Positions 27,972 through 37,795 of a stretch of 64,000 nt of DNA are shown in pieces. Below the pieces are notes generated by a model that saw nothing but the letters and a program-made list of their open reading frames with translations, had not been told where the DNA came from and ran no database searches. The number at the start of each line of letters is the position of its first letter. The stretch's first letter is position 1. The position numbers were made by a program, and so were the translations under genes. Source of the DNA: an uncultured Gemmatimonadales bacterium (lineage in GTDB: Bacteria > Gemmatimonadota > Gemmatimonadetes > Longimicrobiales > Gaopeijiaceae); assembly GCA_963809895.1 (NCBI GenBank), contig CAWELD010000003.1, positions 3,456,001 through 3,520,000 on the forward strand, in the 5' to 3' direction.

Positions 27972-28910
27972 TCAGCGCGGCCGGCGCGCCTCCGTCACCC
28001 TGTGCAGGGGGATGGGAGCGTCGTCCAGGGCCGCCAGATCGATCTGTTTGGCCATGTCGTGCGTTTGCTCCAGGGAGACACGCTCCGGACCCAGAATGTT
28101 CAGAAGATCGGCCACGACATCGTCTGCGAGATCGGCGCGTCCGACGATCCAGTTCATCATGGAGGCGGTGGGGACGGGCTCCGAAACCCCCGGATACACC
28201 CCTCCGGGAATGCTCCCCGCAGCGTAGTACGGGTACAGTTCGCGGAGTCGGGTGACGCCCTCGGCGTCCAGCGGCAGAAGCGCGATGCCGTCCACCGTGA
28301 GCGCCTCCAGCACCGCCGCCGCGGGGTAGCCCACCGACAGCACCGCGGCGTCCAGCGCCCCGTCCCTAAGCGCTGCCGCCGACTCCGAGAAGGACAGGAA
28401 GCGCTCGTCCAGGTCGTCGTAGCCGAGCCCGTACGCCTCCAGGAGCTGACGGGACACCTGCTCGGTGCCCGAGCCCGCCGATCCCACCGACACGCGCTTG
28501 CCCCTGAAGTCCGCCACGCCGCGGATGCCCGCGGCGGTGCGCACCAGGACGTGGGTGACGTTGGGATAGAGCGGCGCCAGGATGCGCAGGTTCTCGAAGG
28601 GCGTCTCGAAATCCCCCTCGCCCCGATACGCCTCGTAGACCGTCACCGCCAGGGCGAAGCCCAGGTCGAGCTGGCCCGCGCGTAGCCGATTGACGTTCTC
28701 CACCGAGCCGCCGGTGACCTCCGCCGTGACCCGGCGACCCGGCGCCGCCAGCGACAACCGGTTCGCCAGCGCACCGCCCAGCGGATAGTAGATCCCCCCG
28801 GTGCCACCGGTGCCGATGCTGAGAAAGGTGGCGGAGCCCTCACCACCTGCGCAGGCGGCGACGAGCAGCGCCGCGCCCACGAGCGCAGGACGTCGTCGGA
28901 AACCGGTCAT
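27972..28910 (-). CDS. TAXI family TRAP transporter solute-binding lipoprotein
   Basis: LVAAC; IGTGGTGGIYYPLG, TGGSVEN, GKRVSVGSAGSGTE, PIPLH. Confidence 0.93.
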   Translation of the reverse strand: MTGFRRRPALVGAALLVAACAGGEGSATFLSIGTGGTGGIYYPLGGALANRLSLAAPGRRVTAEVTGGSVENVNRLRAGQLDLGFALAVTVYEAYRGEGDFETPFENLRILAPLYPNVTHVLVRTAAGIRGVADFRGKRVSVGSAGSGTEQVSRQLLEAYGLGYDDLDERFLSFSESAAALRDGALDAAVLSVGYPAAAVLEALTVDGIALLPLDAEGVTRLRELYPYYAAGSIPGGVYPGVSEPVPTASMMNWIVGRADLADDVVADLLNILGPERVSLEQTHDMAKQIDLAALDDAPIPLHRVTEARRPR

Positions 28911-28917
28911 GGCTGGA

Positions 28918-30813
28918 TCAGGCTGCCGGGTGGGGAGTCGCGGGGTGGCGGCGCCACACGAAGACGGCGCCCAGCACCAGGAACCCGATACCGTCGGTGA
29001 GGATCCCCGGACGGATGAGCGTGACCGCGGCAGCGGCCAGCGCCAGGCGCACCGGCAGCGGGAGCGGGCCCCGGAGCCATCCCACGGCTGCGGCGGCCAA
29101 CGCCGTCACTCCCGCGAGAGCCGTCACCACCGCCAGGGCGATCTGCCAGACGGTGCCGTCCAGGAGCAGGGGCGGTCCGTACACGAACAGGAAGGGCACC
29201 AGGAATCCCGCGCCGGCCAGCGCCATGGCGGTGGTCGCCGTCTTGAGGGGCGGGGCTCCGGCCAGGCCCGCCGCCGCGTAGGCCGCCAGCGACACCGGCG
29301 GCGTCACGTTGGAAATGCAGCCGAAGTAGAAGATGAAGAGGTGGGCGCCGAGCATGGGCACCCCCAACTCCACCAGCGCCGGCGCGCCCAGCGCAGCCAA
29401 CACCACGTAGGCGGCCGTCGTCGGAAGCCCCATGCCCAGAACGATGGAGCCCAGCGCGGTGAGCACCAGGGCGGGTAGAAGGTGACCGCCCGACAGGAGG
29501 ACGATCAGCTCCGACATGCGCAGACCGATGCCGGTGAGCGAGGCCACTCCCACGACGATGCCCGCGGCGGCGCAGGCAGCGGCCACCTGGACCGTGCCAC
29601 CCGCGGCGCTCACCAGGGCTCTGCGCAGCTCGGTGGCGCCGGGGCGGGACACCCGCCGGGCGAAGCCCATCGCCAACGCCGACGTCACGCCCCAGAAGGC
29701 GGCTCTCATGGGAGAGCGACCCACGGCCAGCAGCCAGACGATGACCGCCAGCGGAAGGAGCAGGTGCAACCGGGACAGGACCGGCTCGTCGTTCCGGCCC
29801 GCCCCGGGCTCGATGCCCATGCGTCCGGCGCGGAAGTGGATGGCCATGATGAGCGCGGCGTAGTACAGCACGGCGGGAATGATCGCCGCCAACGCCACCC
29901 GCGCGTACGGGATGCCCGTCCAGGTGGCCAGGATGAAGGCGCCGGCGCCCATGACCGGGGGCATGAGCTGGCCACCGGTGCTGGCGGCCGCCTCGATGGC
30001 CGCCGCGAAAAAGGGCTTGAAGCCCGCGCGGCGCATGAGGGGAATCGTGAAGGTGCCCGTGGTGACGACGTTCGCCACCGCGCTCCCGGACAACGAGCCC
30101 ATGAGGGCGCTGGCCACCGCCGCCGTCTTCGCCGGGCCGCCCCGCGTGCGCCCTGCGAGACGGTCCGCCAGGGCGATGAGGAGCGCCCCACCGCCGGCCA
30201 CGTCCAGCAGAGCGCCGAACAGGATGAAGAGGTAGACGAAGTCGGCGCTCACCCCCAGGGGCACGCCCCAGATCCCTTCGGCGGACAGATAGAGGTGCTC
30301 CACGAGCCGCCGTGCGCCGTAGCCGCGGTGGGCCAGCAGTCCGGGCAGCCACGGCCCCACCACCGCGTAGGTCAGCGCCAGCAGCGCGATGGTGACCAGG
30401 CCCCAGCCGGTGGTGCGCCGCGCCAGCTCCAGCACCACCACCAGGGCCACGCCGCCCAGGATCAGGTCGGCGGGGGTGGGCGAACCGCTCCGCCGCACGA
30501 GCTGCGTGTGCACCTGGACCAGATAGAGACACGACGCCACGGCCCCCACCAGCAGAAGCGCCCGCATGGCGAAATCCGCGCGCCGACGGGCCGCGCCCCC
30601 CCGCTCGTCACTGGCCCGGGTTCCCACCCCCAGAAAAGCCAACGACGCCATGAAGGCCAGGTGGACCGGGCGCTGCACCAGAGCCGTGAACGGGGCGACC
30701 CCGGCGCTCCACATGTGAAAGACCGCAGCGCCGGCCGCCAGGACGAAGACGGCGACCCGGCGGAGCCTCTCCGACGGTGAGGCGGGACTCGAGGGCGCGT
30801 GGGCGGGGACCAT
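28918..30813 (-). CDS. TRAP transporter fused 4TM/12TM permease
   Basis: GGPAKTAAVAS, SGSAVANVVTTGTFTIPLM, EAAASTGGQLMPPVMGAGAF, LGMGLPTTAAY, SNVTPPV. Confidence 0.93.
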   Translation of the reverse strand: MVPAHAPSSPASPSERLRRVAVFVLAAGAAVFHMWSAGVAPFTALVQRPVHLAFMASLAFLGVGTRASDERGGAARRRADFAMRALLLVGAVASCLYLVQVHTQLVRRSGSPTPADLILGGVALVVVLELARRTTGWGLVTIALLALTYAVVGPWLPGLLAHRGYGARRLVEHLYLSAEGIWGVPLGVSADFVYLFILFGALLDVAGGGALLIALADRLAGRTRGGPAKTAAVASALMGSLSGSAVANVVTTGTFTIPLMRRAGFKPFFAAAIEAAASTGGQLMPPVMGAGAFILATWTGIPYARVALAAIIPAVLYYAALIMAIHFRAGRMGIEPGAGRNDEPVLSRLHLLLPLAVIVWLLAVGRSPMRAAFWGVTSALAMGFARRVSRPGATELRRALVSAAGGTVQVAAACAAAGIVVGVASLTGIGLRMSELIVLLSGGHLLPALVLTALGSIVLGMGLPTTAAYVVLAALGAPALVELGVPMLGAHLFIFYFGCISNVTPPVSLAAYAAAGLAGAPPLKTATTAMALAGAGFLVPFLFVYGPPLLLDGTVWQIALAVVTALAGVTALAAAAVGWLRGPLPLPVRLALAAAAVTLIRPGILTDGIGFLVLGAVFVWRRHPATPHPAA

Positions 30814-30866
30814 GACCGTCCCAGCCTAGGTGGGCGGCCCCGGCCCCGCCAGGCGGTCCCGCCGGC

Positions 30867-31565
30867 TCAGACGGGCCGCGGTATCAGGGCGAAGAGGGCC
30901 GTGACCGCCAACAGGAAGACGACGAGGATCGAGACCGCCGATCCCGCGCTACGGCGGGTGTCGATGCGCGAGACGAGAATCCCCAGGGCCACGTAGGACC
31001 AGACCATGAAGAGGTCCAGGGTCTTGAGGAAGCGATCCAGGTACCCACCCCCCAGGTCGCCGGCGAAGGTGCCGATGCTGAGGGTGAGCTGGGGATTGGA
31101 CTGAGCGATCTTCAGCGGCACGGTGAGGAGCCCGCCCACGGCCGCGATCATGAAGGCGTGGCTGACGGCGGACAGATACTGCCGGTAGCGGCCGTCGTCA
31201 CCCAGGATGAAGGCGAAGATCAGCGTCGTCACGCCGGAGACCAGGAACGCCCACACCGCCCAGAAGATCACACCGCCCACGGCCGAGGACACCCGGAACA
31301 GCGTGCCGCTGAAGGCCATGGCGCCTTCGGGCATCTCGCGACCCTGCGCCAGGAACTGGGCGCGCATCATCTCGTTCCAGACCTCGGCGGGAATCAGGAG
31401 CGTGCCCGCCACCACCAGCACGCCACCCAGCGCCATGGCCGTGAACCAGACCGGCCGGGCCGCCAGCGCGTCGCCCAGGTTTCCAGGAGAAACGAAGACG
31501 TCGATGAAGCGCTTCCACAGCGGCGGCAGCGCTACGGCGGGCGTGGTTTCCTCGAACTCGTCCAC
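30867..31565 (-). CDS. YIP1 family membrane protein
   Basis: RFIDVFVSP, several TM helices, LDLFMVW motif. Confidence 0.75.
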   Translation of the reverse strand: MDEFEETTPAVALPPLWKRFIDVFVSPGNLGDALAARPVWFTAMALGGVLVVAGTLLIPAEVWNEMMRAQFLAQGREMPEGAMAFSGTLFRVSSAVGGVIFWAVWAFLVSGVTTLIFAFILGDDGRYRQYLSAVSHAFMIAAVGGLLTVPLKIAQSNPQLTLSIGTFAGDLGGGYLDRFLKTLDLFMVWSYVALGILVSRIDTRRSAGSAVSILVVFLLAVTALFALIPRPV

Positions 31566-31823
31566 GGTTTCCTCCGGTTTGTGGGCGATCAGACAGTCGG
31601 TGCGCTCCTGCGCACGGCACGCCCGGGAGGGCTCGAGCGCACGCGGTCATTCAGCGGGCCGGCGACCGTGCTCCAGGATACGTGCGTTGCGCGCACGAGC
31701 TTCATCGCGCGGACCGTGACCGGTGCCACGGAGCCTCCCGACCGGCCCTTTGCGCGGACCGGGAGCCGCCTGGATATTGGCACGTTCGTGTTCCCGAGGG
31801 CGCCTGGCAACGGAGATCCGGTG

Positions 31824-34800
31824 ATGGCAGCGAAGCTTCGAGGTGTGGGAGTGGGGATGGCGTGGGGACTGGCGGTGGCGTTGCTGGCGGCGCCGGGCGC
31901 AGCACAGGAGTCTGCGGCGCCGGACAGCGCCGGCGGCAAGGCGAGCAAGGGCCTCCCCCTGGAACCCGGCCGCACCATGCACGTCGATCTCACCGAGGGC
32001 TCCTGGATCTCGGTGGACGTGAGCCCCGACGGCCAGACGCTGGTCTTCGACTACCTGGGCGATCTCTTCACCCTGCCCATCGCCGGCGGCCAGGCCACGC
32101 AGCTCACCTCGGGCCTGGCCTACGACGCCCAGCCCCGCTTCTCGCCCGACGGCAGCCGGGTGGTCTTCACCTCGGACCGCGACGGCGGCCAGAACATCTG
32201 GATGATGAGCCTCGACGGCTCGGACACGGTCCAGATCTCCTCGGGCGAGGCCAACCGCGCGGAATCCCCCGAGTTCACGCCCGATGGTGACTACGTGGTG
32301 GCGGCCATGGGGATGGGGCACTTCCGCTACGGGGGCAGCCCGAAGCTCCGTCTCTTCCACGTGGACGGCGGCAACGGGGTGGACCTCATCGACGGGGACA
32401 ACGTGCCCAAGACGGTGGGTCCGGCCTTCGGCGACGACGGCCGCTGGATCTGGTACGCCCAGCGCACCGGCCAGGGCGACTGGAGCTACAACGCCCAACT
32501 CCCCCTCTACGCCATCCGGGCCTACGACCGGGACACCGGTCGGAGCTACAACCGTGTCAGCCGCTACGGCGGCGCGTTCCGCCCCACGCTGTCGCCCGAC
32601 GGGCGCTGGCTGGTCTATGGCTCCCGTGACGACGACGCCACCGGCCTGATGATCCGCGACCTGCAGAACGGCGACGAACGCTGGCTGGCCTTTCCGGTGC
32701 AGCACGACGACCAGGAGTCGCGGGCTTCGCTGGACGTGCTTCCGGGGATGAGCTTCACCCCGGATTCACGCTACCTGGTGGCGTCGTGGGGCGGCAAGCT
32801 GTGGAAGGTACCTGCGGCGGGAGGCGCGGCCGAGGAGATCCCCTTCCGGGTGACCTTCGACCTGGATCTGGGGCCGGAGGTGCACTTCCAGTACCCCATC
32901 GAGGACTCGCCGACCTTCACGGTGCGCCAGATCCGTGACGCAGCGCCCTCGCCCGACGGCTCGCGGCTGGCCTTCACCGCCATGGATCACCTGTACGTGA
33001 GCGCTGCCGACGGATCCGGCGCCCGGCGCCTCACCGATACCGATATCAGCGAGCACGAGCCCACCTGGTCTCCGGACGGCCGCTGGATCGCCTACGCCAC
33101 CTGGTCCGAGCGTGGCGAGGGCCACCTCTACCGCGTCCGCGCCGACGGGCCGGGAGCGCCGGAGCAGCTCACCCGGCAGCCGGGCATCTACGCCGAGCCC
33201 GCCTGGTCACCCGACGGCCGTCGCATCGTGGCGCTGCGCGGCTTCGCCCGGGCTTTCGAGACGAGCACGAGCCCCGGCGCGGAGAGCGAGGCCGACGAGC
33301 TGGTGTGGATCCCCGCCGCCGGAGGTGAGGCGACGCTGATCATGCCGGCGGCGGGGCGTTCGGCGCCCCACTTCACCCAGGACTCGACGCGTGTCTTCCT
33401 CTTCCAGCGGCCCGACGCACTGGTCTCGGTACGTTGGGACGGCACCGACGAGAAGACGCTTGTGAAGGTCCGGGGCGGCCGGGTGCCCGGTCAGACGCAG
33501 GCGCTGTCACCCGACCTCGTGCTCATGGCGCCCCGAGGGGACCAGGCCATGGCCCTCATCCAGGGCCAGCTCTACACGGTCACGGTACCCCGCCTGGGCG
33601 AAGCGCCCACCATCTCCGTGGGAAACCCGTCGTCGGCCGCATTCCCGGCGCGCCGGCTCAGCGAGCTGGGCGGCGAGTTTCCGGCCTGGGGAGCCGACGG
33701 TCGCACCGCGCACTGGTCGCTGGGCAACGCCCACTTCACCTACTCACTGGACCGGGCCCGGGCGTACGAGGACAGCGTGGAGGCCGCCGAGCGAGCGCGG
33801 CCTTCGGACGAGGAGGTCGAGAGCGAGGAGTCGGCCAGTGACGAGGAGGGCTACCAGCCCCTCGAAGTGCGCATCACGATCCAGGCACAGCGCGATCTGC
33901 CGCAGGGCGTGGCGGTGCTCCGGGGCGCCCGCATCGTCACCATGAACGGTGACCAGGTCATCGACAACGGCGACATCCTGGTGCGCGGCAACCGTATCGA
34001 GGCGGTGGGGGCCAGCGGCAGCGTCGACGTGCCCGCCGACGCCCGGGTGGTCGACGTCAGCGGCAAGACCATCGTGCCGGGCTTCGTGGACACCCACGCC
34101 CACATGTGGCCCACCTGGGAGATCCACCGGAAGGATCAGTGGATCTACCGGGCCAACCTGGCCTACGGGGTCACCACGACCCGCGATCCCCAGACCTCCA
34201 CCACCGACGTGCTCACCTACGCCGACCTGGTGCGGGCCGGCGAGGTGGTGGGACCGCGCATCTACTCTACGGGCCCCGGGGTCTTCTTCGACGAGCACCT
34301 GACCTCGCTCGAGCAGGCGCGCGACATCCTGAAGCGCTACGCGGACTACTTCGACACCAAGACGCTGAAGATGTACGTGTCGGGCACCCGCAAGCAGCGC
34401 CAGTGGATCATTCAGGCGGCCCGGGAGAACGGCATCATGCCCACCACCGAGGGCTCGCTGAACTTCAAGCAGAACATCACGGAGACGCTGGACGGCTACC
34501 CGGGGCTCGAGCACGCGCTGCCCATCTATCCGCTCTACCGGGACATGGTGCAGCTCTTCACCACGGTGGGCCGCACCTACACGCCCACATTGCTCGTCTC
34601 GTACGGGGGGCCCTGGGCCGAGAACTACTACTACACCCACGAGAATCCCCACGACGACGCCAAGCTCCGGCACTTCACGCCCCACGAGGACATCGATGTC
34701 GCCACGCGCAGGCGTGGGGGCGGGCCCAGCCCGGGTCCGGCCGGCTGGTTCAGGGACGAGGAATACGTCTTCCAGGACCACGCCCGCTTCGTGCGGGACC

Positions 34801-35183
34801 TGGTGGAGGCCGGCGGGCACGTCGGCATCGGCAGCCACGGCCAGCTCCAGGGGCTCGGCTACCACTGGGAGCTGTGGTCGGTGGCGTCAGGGGGGCTCGG
34901 CAATCACGACGCGCTCCGCGTGGCCACCATCCTGGGCGCCGAGGCCATCGGGCTGGACGGCGACCTGGGCTCCATCGAGGCGGGCAAGCTCGCCGATCTC
35001 GTGGTGATGGACGGCAACCCGCTCGAGGATCTGCGGGCCACCAACACCATCCGCTACGTCATGAAGAACGGGCGGCTCTACGAGGGCGACACCCTGAACG
35101 AGATCTACCCGCGGCAGCGCACCATGGCGCCGGGCTGGTGGGAGCGGGACGAGCCCGGCGAGCTGCCCGGCGTCGGCCGCTGA
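31824..35183 (+). CDS. Exported amidohydrolase with N-terminal PD40/TolB-like beta-propeller
   Basis: EGSWISVDVSPDG, repeated P(R/T/A)xSPDG units; C-terminal IVPGFVDTHAH, YGVTT, GSHGQLQG, GSIEAGKLADLVV. Confidence 0.9.
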   Translation: MAAKLRGVGVGMAWGLAVALLAAPGAAQESAAPDSAGGKASKGLPLEPGRTMHVDLTEGSWISVDVSPDGQTLVFDYLGDLFTLPIAGGQATQLTSGLAYDAQPRFSPDGSRVVFTSDRDGGQNIWMMSLDGSDTVQISSGEANRAESPEFTPDGDYVVAAMGMGHFRYGGSPKLRLFHVDGGNGVDLIDGDNVPKTVGPAFGDDGRWIWYAQRTGQGDWSYNAQLPLYAIRAYDRDTGRSYNRVSRYGGAFRPTLSPDGRWLVYGSRDDDATGLMIRDLQNGDERWLAFPVQHDDQESRASLDVLPGMSFTPDSRYLVASWGGKLWKVPAAGGAAEEIPFRVTFDLDLGPEVHFQYPIEDSPTFTVRQIRDAAPSPDGSRLAFTAMDHLYVSAADGSGARRLTDTDISEHEPTWSPDGRWIAYATWSERGEGHLYRVRADGPGAPEQLTRQPGIYAEPAWSPDGRRIVALRGFARAFETSTSPGAESEADELVWIPAAGGEATLIMPAAGRSAPHFTQDSTRVFLFQRPDALVSVRWDGTDEKTLVKVRGGRVPGQTQALSPDLVLMAPRGDQAMALIQGQLYTVTVPRLGEAPTISVGNPSSAAFPARRLSELGGEFPAWGADGRTAHWSLGNAHFTYSLDRARAYEDSVEAAERARPSDEEVESEESASDEEGYQPLEVRITIQAQRDLPQGVAVLRGARIVTMNGDQVIDNGDILVRGNRIEAVGASGSVDVPADARVVDVSGKTIVPGFVDTHAHMWPTWEIHRKDQWIYRANLAYGVTTTRDPQTSTTDVLTYADLVRAGEVVGPRIYSTGPGVFFDEHLTSLEQARDILKRYADYFDTKTLKMYVSGTRKQRQWIIQAARENGIMPTTEGSLNFKQNITETLDGYPGLEHALPIYPLYRDMVQLFTTVGRTYTPTLLVSYGGPWAENYYYTHENPHDDAKLRHFTPHEDIDVATRRRGGGPSPGPAGWFRDEEYVFQDHARFVRDLVEAGGHVGIGSHGQLQGLGYHWELWSVASGGLGNHDALRVATILGAEAIGLDGDLGSIEAGKLADLVVMDGNPLEDLRATNTIRYVMKNGRLYEGDTLNEIYPRQRTMAPGWWERDEPGELPGVGR

Positions 35184-35186
35184 CGC

Positions 35187-36026
35187 TCAGCCGCCGCCTC
35201 TCGTCAGGTGCGAGGTGGCCCGGATGCGGAGCCCCATGGGGAAGGGCGCCTGGGGCACGTTCATGGTGCCCGTGTAGGTCCCGTCGGAGTATTGCTCCCA
35301 CAGGGTGCCCGCCTCCACGTCCCACAGGAACCATCCGTTGGAGGTGCCATCCAGGTCCTGCTCGATGTCCATCCCCTGCTGACGGGTGGACACCGTGCGC
35401 TGGTCGTCGCTGGTGTAGGTGACCCTGCGCATGCGCCGCCCGGCGACCGTGGTGTCGCCGGCCAGGGTGTAGGTGACGGCGGAGCTGGTCGTGATCTCGC
35501 CCGGGCCCTGGGGCGCCTCGACCTGGATCGTATCGGTCCAGGTATCGCCCACCGCCACCACCCGGTCGGGCAGGCGCGGAAAGAACGTTGCCGCCGTGAC
35601 CGCCGCGTTGAAGAGCTCGTCGGCGCTTCCCGACAGCTGGGGCCCGGACACCAGGGTGCCCGCTCCCCGGGGATCCACCGTGAAGACGAGAGGACCTTCG
35701 ACGTCGTCGGCCGACGCGCTCTGCGTGCCGGTCATGGGATTGCTCACCCGAGCGTCGAGCGCCGCGTAGGTGGCGGATACCCGCATGCCCTCCGGAGCCT
35801 CGGTGAAGGTCATGTCCACCGTGGCGGTGGTGGTCTGCGACACGTCGATGGACTGCCCGTTCACGTCCACCGACACGCCCACGGTGTCCGCCTGGTGGAA
35901 GGTCGCCGCACCGCCCGCGGGAACCCGGTAGGCCAGCGGTGGCGACGACGACGGGCCCCCACCGGCGGACGCGCACGCGGATCCGGACAGAAGTGCGAGA
36001 AGCGGGAGCAGGTTGCGCGGTCTCAT
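35187..36026 (-). CDS. Beta-rich lipoprotein of unknown function (DUF6263-like)
   Basis: Lipobox SGSAC; FPRLPDRVVAVGDTW motif. Confidence 0.6.
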   Translation of the reverse strand: MRPRNLLPLLALLSGSACASAGGGPSSSPPLAYRVPAGGAATFHQADTVGVSVDVNGQSIDVSQTTTATVDMTFTEAPEGMRVSATYAALDARVSNPMTGTQSASADDVEGPLVFTVDPRGAGTLVSGPQLSGSADELFNAAVTAATFFPRLPDRVVAVGDTWTDTIQVEAPQGPGEITTSSAVTYTLAGDTTVAGRRMRRVTYTSDDQRTVSTRQQGMDIEQDLDGTSNGWFLWDVEAGTLWEQYSDGTYTGTMNVPQAPFPMGLRIRATSHLTRGGG

Positions 36027-36216
36027 GGGGCTCTCCAGGCGGGCGGACGAATGCGGCGGTGGTCCACGGGGAACCACGCCGGGTCGCTCAGGTTACGACG
36101 CCACCCGGACGAGGCTTCAACGACGCTCTCGCCCCCCGGGCTCGCTTGGCCGGGTCGGGTCGGCGGGTTATCGTCAGGAGCCGTGAAACCCATGCTACGC
36201 CCCAGAGGTCCAGCAC

Positions 36217-36777
36217 ATGTCCCTTCGCACCAACCCTGATCGCATCCTGGAGAACATCGACCGGGCCCGCAGCCGTGAAGACTCCGGCTTCCGCGGCGCC
36301 TCCGACCGTCAGGCGATGGGGCGGGAGCTGAACACGGAAATGCCCGACGTGGACGCCACCACGCCCGAGCGCATGAAGCGGGTGTTCGCGGGGGTGGAAG
36401 CGGCCTACACCAAGTGCGCGCAGAGCCAGGCGTTGGGGCCCCTGGCCCAGCGTTTCCAGGCCATCGGCGACCTCCACGAGCACCGGGCTCGCGGCGATGT
36501 CAGCATCGCCATCCGCTACATGGATCACAAGCGCGACGACGACTTCGGCATGGCCCCCTTCGAGATCCGCCCGGACGACCTGACCGAGGCCCGCAAGGCC
36601 ACCAAGACCAGTCGCCCCGACGTCAACGCGCTCAAGGTGTTGCGAGGCGCGCTGCGCGCAGGGGTGCTGGCCGCCTATCAGAAGGTCGAGCCCCGCATCC
36701 GGGACGCGCTGCGGGACCGGGCCGACATGGGACATGTGGAAGTCTCGGTGACGCTGGATCTGCGCCCCGCCAGTTGA
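36217..36777 (+). CDS. Hypothetical protein with an internal two-fold repeat
   Basis: 186 aa, host-like codon usage, RBS-like gaggt upstream; AGVEAAYTK / AGVLAAYQK repeat. Confidence 0.75.
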   Translation: MSLRTNPDRILENIDRARSREDSGFRGASDRQAMGRELNTEMPDVDATTPERMKRVFAGVEAAYTKCAQSQALGPLAQRFQAIGDLHEHRARGDVSIAIRYMDHKRDDDFGMAPFEIRPDDLTEARKATKTSRPDVNALKVLRGALRAGVLAAYQKVEPRIRDALRDRADMGHVEVSVTLDLRPAS

Positions 36778-37727
36778 ACCCACAGAGGGGGGTTCTCCTC
36801 CTCTTCCTGGACGGGGTCGGCATCGGCCCCGACGATCCCCGGCGCAACCCCTTCTTCAGCGCCCGCCTGCCCAACCTGCACGCCCTCGTGGGCGGCAATC
36901 TGCCGACCCTGGCCGCGCCCCGGGTCGAGAGTGCGGGGACCGATCGTCCAGCCGCCACGGCGCCATTGGACGCGTGCCTCGGCGTCGCGGGCACACCCCA
37001 GAGCGGCACCGGGCAGACCACCATCCTCACCGGCCGCAACGGCGCACGCCTCTTCGGCCGACACTTCGGTCCGTGGGTGCCGGTTCGGCTGCGCCCCATG
37101 GTGGAGAGTGACAGCATCCTGGCGAGGGCCGTCAAGCACGGGCTGCCCGCGGCCTTCGCCAACGCCTATCCCGAGGGATGGCCCGGTGCCCGGGGCGACC
37201 GACGCCTGGCGGCTCCTCCGCTGGCCGCGCGGGGTGCGGGACTCCTGACCCGCCACCACCGGGAGCTGGGGCTGGGCCGGGCGGTGGCCAGCGAGATCCT
37301 GAACACCGGGTGGCAGCGCCACCTGGGCCATCACGATCTCCCCGACGTGACCGCCGAGGAGGCGGGACGGGTCCTGGGCCGCCTCACCGCCGACCACGCC
37401 CTCACGCTCTACGCCCACTACGCCACCGACACGGCGGGCCACCGGGGCGACATGGAAGGCTGCGTGTCGGCGCTGGAACGCGTGGATCGCTTCTTCGGCG
37501 GGCTGCTGGAGACGCTGCCCCCGCGCCACACCCTCCTGGTGTGCAGCGACCACGGAAACCTCGAGGACCTCGACACACGCGGGCACACGCTGAATCCGGC
37601 CCTGGGTCTCGTGGCCGGGCCCTCCGCGCAGGAGCGGGCACGAGAGCTGGCCAGCCTCGAGGACCTGGCCCCCGCCATCGCCCGCTGGCTGGGGATGGAG
37701 GGAGAGGCGGGGGCTGTGGGCGACTGA
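36774..37727 (+). CDS. Alkaline-phosphatase-superfamily metalloenzyme (phosphoglyceromutase/phosphopentomutase-like)
   Basis: LFLDGVGIG, PQSGTGQ (Ser nucleophile), TDTAGH, SDHGNLED, HTLNP; TTG start overlaps the upstream TGA. Confidence 0.82.
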   Translation: MNPQRGVLLLFLDGVGIGPDDPRRNPFFSARLPNLHALVGGNLPTLAAPRVESAGTDRPAATAPLDACLGVAGTPQSGTGQTTILTGRNGARLFGRHFGPWVPVRLRPMVESDSILARAVKHGLPAAFANAYPEGWPGARGDRRLAAPPLAARGAGLLTRHHRELGLGRAVASEILNTGWQRHLGHHDLPDVTAEEAGRVLGRLTADHALTLYAHYATDTAGHRGDMEGCVSALERVDRFFGGLLETLPPRHTLLVCSDHGNLEDLDTRGHTLNPALGLVAGPSAQERARELASLEDLAPAIARWLGMEGEAGAVGD

Positions 37728-37795
37728 CGGGGGGGCGCACCGGCCCCCGCCCCCACAGCCATGGAAGCGCCCCGCCGGGCGACCCACCATGGGAC

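Noticed and set aside
31775..31795. Sigma-54 promoter (TTGGCACG) upstream of the amidohydrolase
   Set aside because: The -24 element is present but there is no TTGC at the required -12 spacing.
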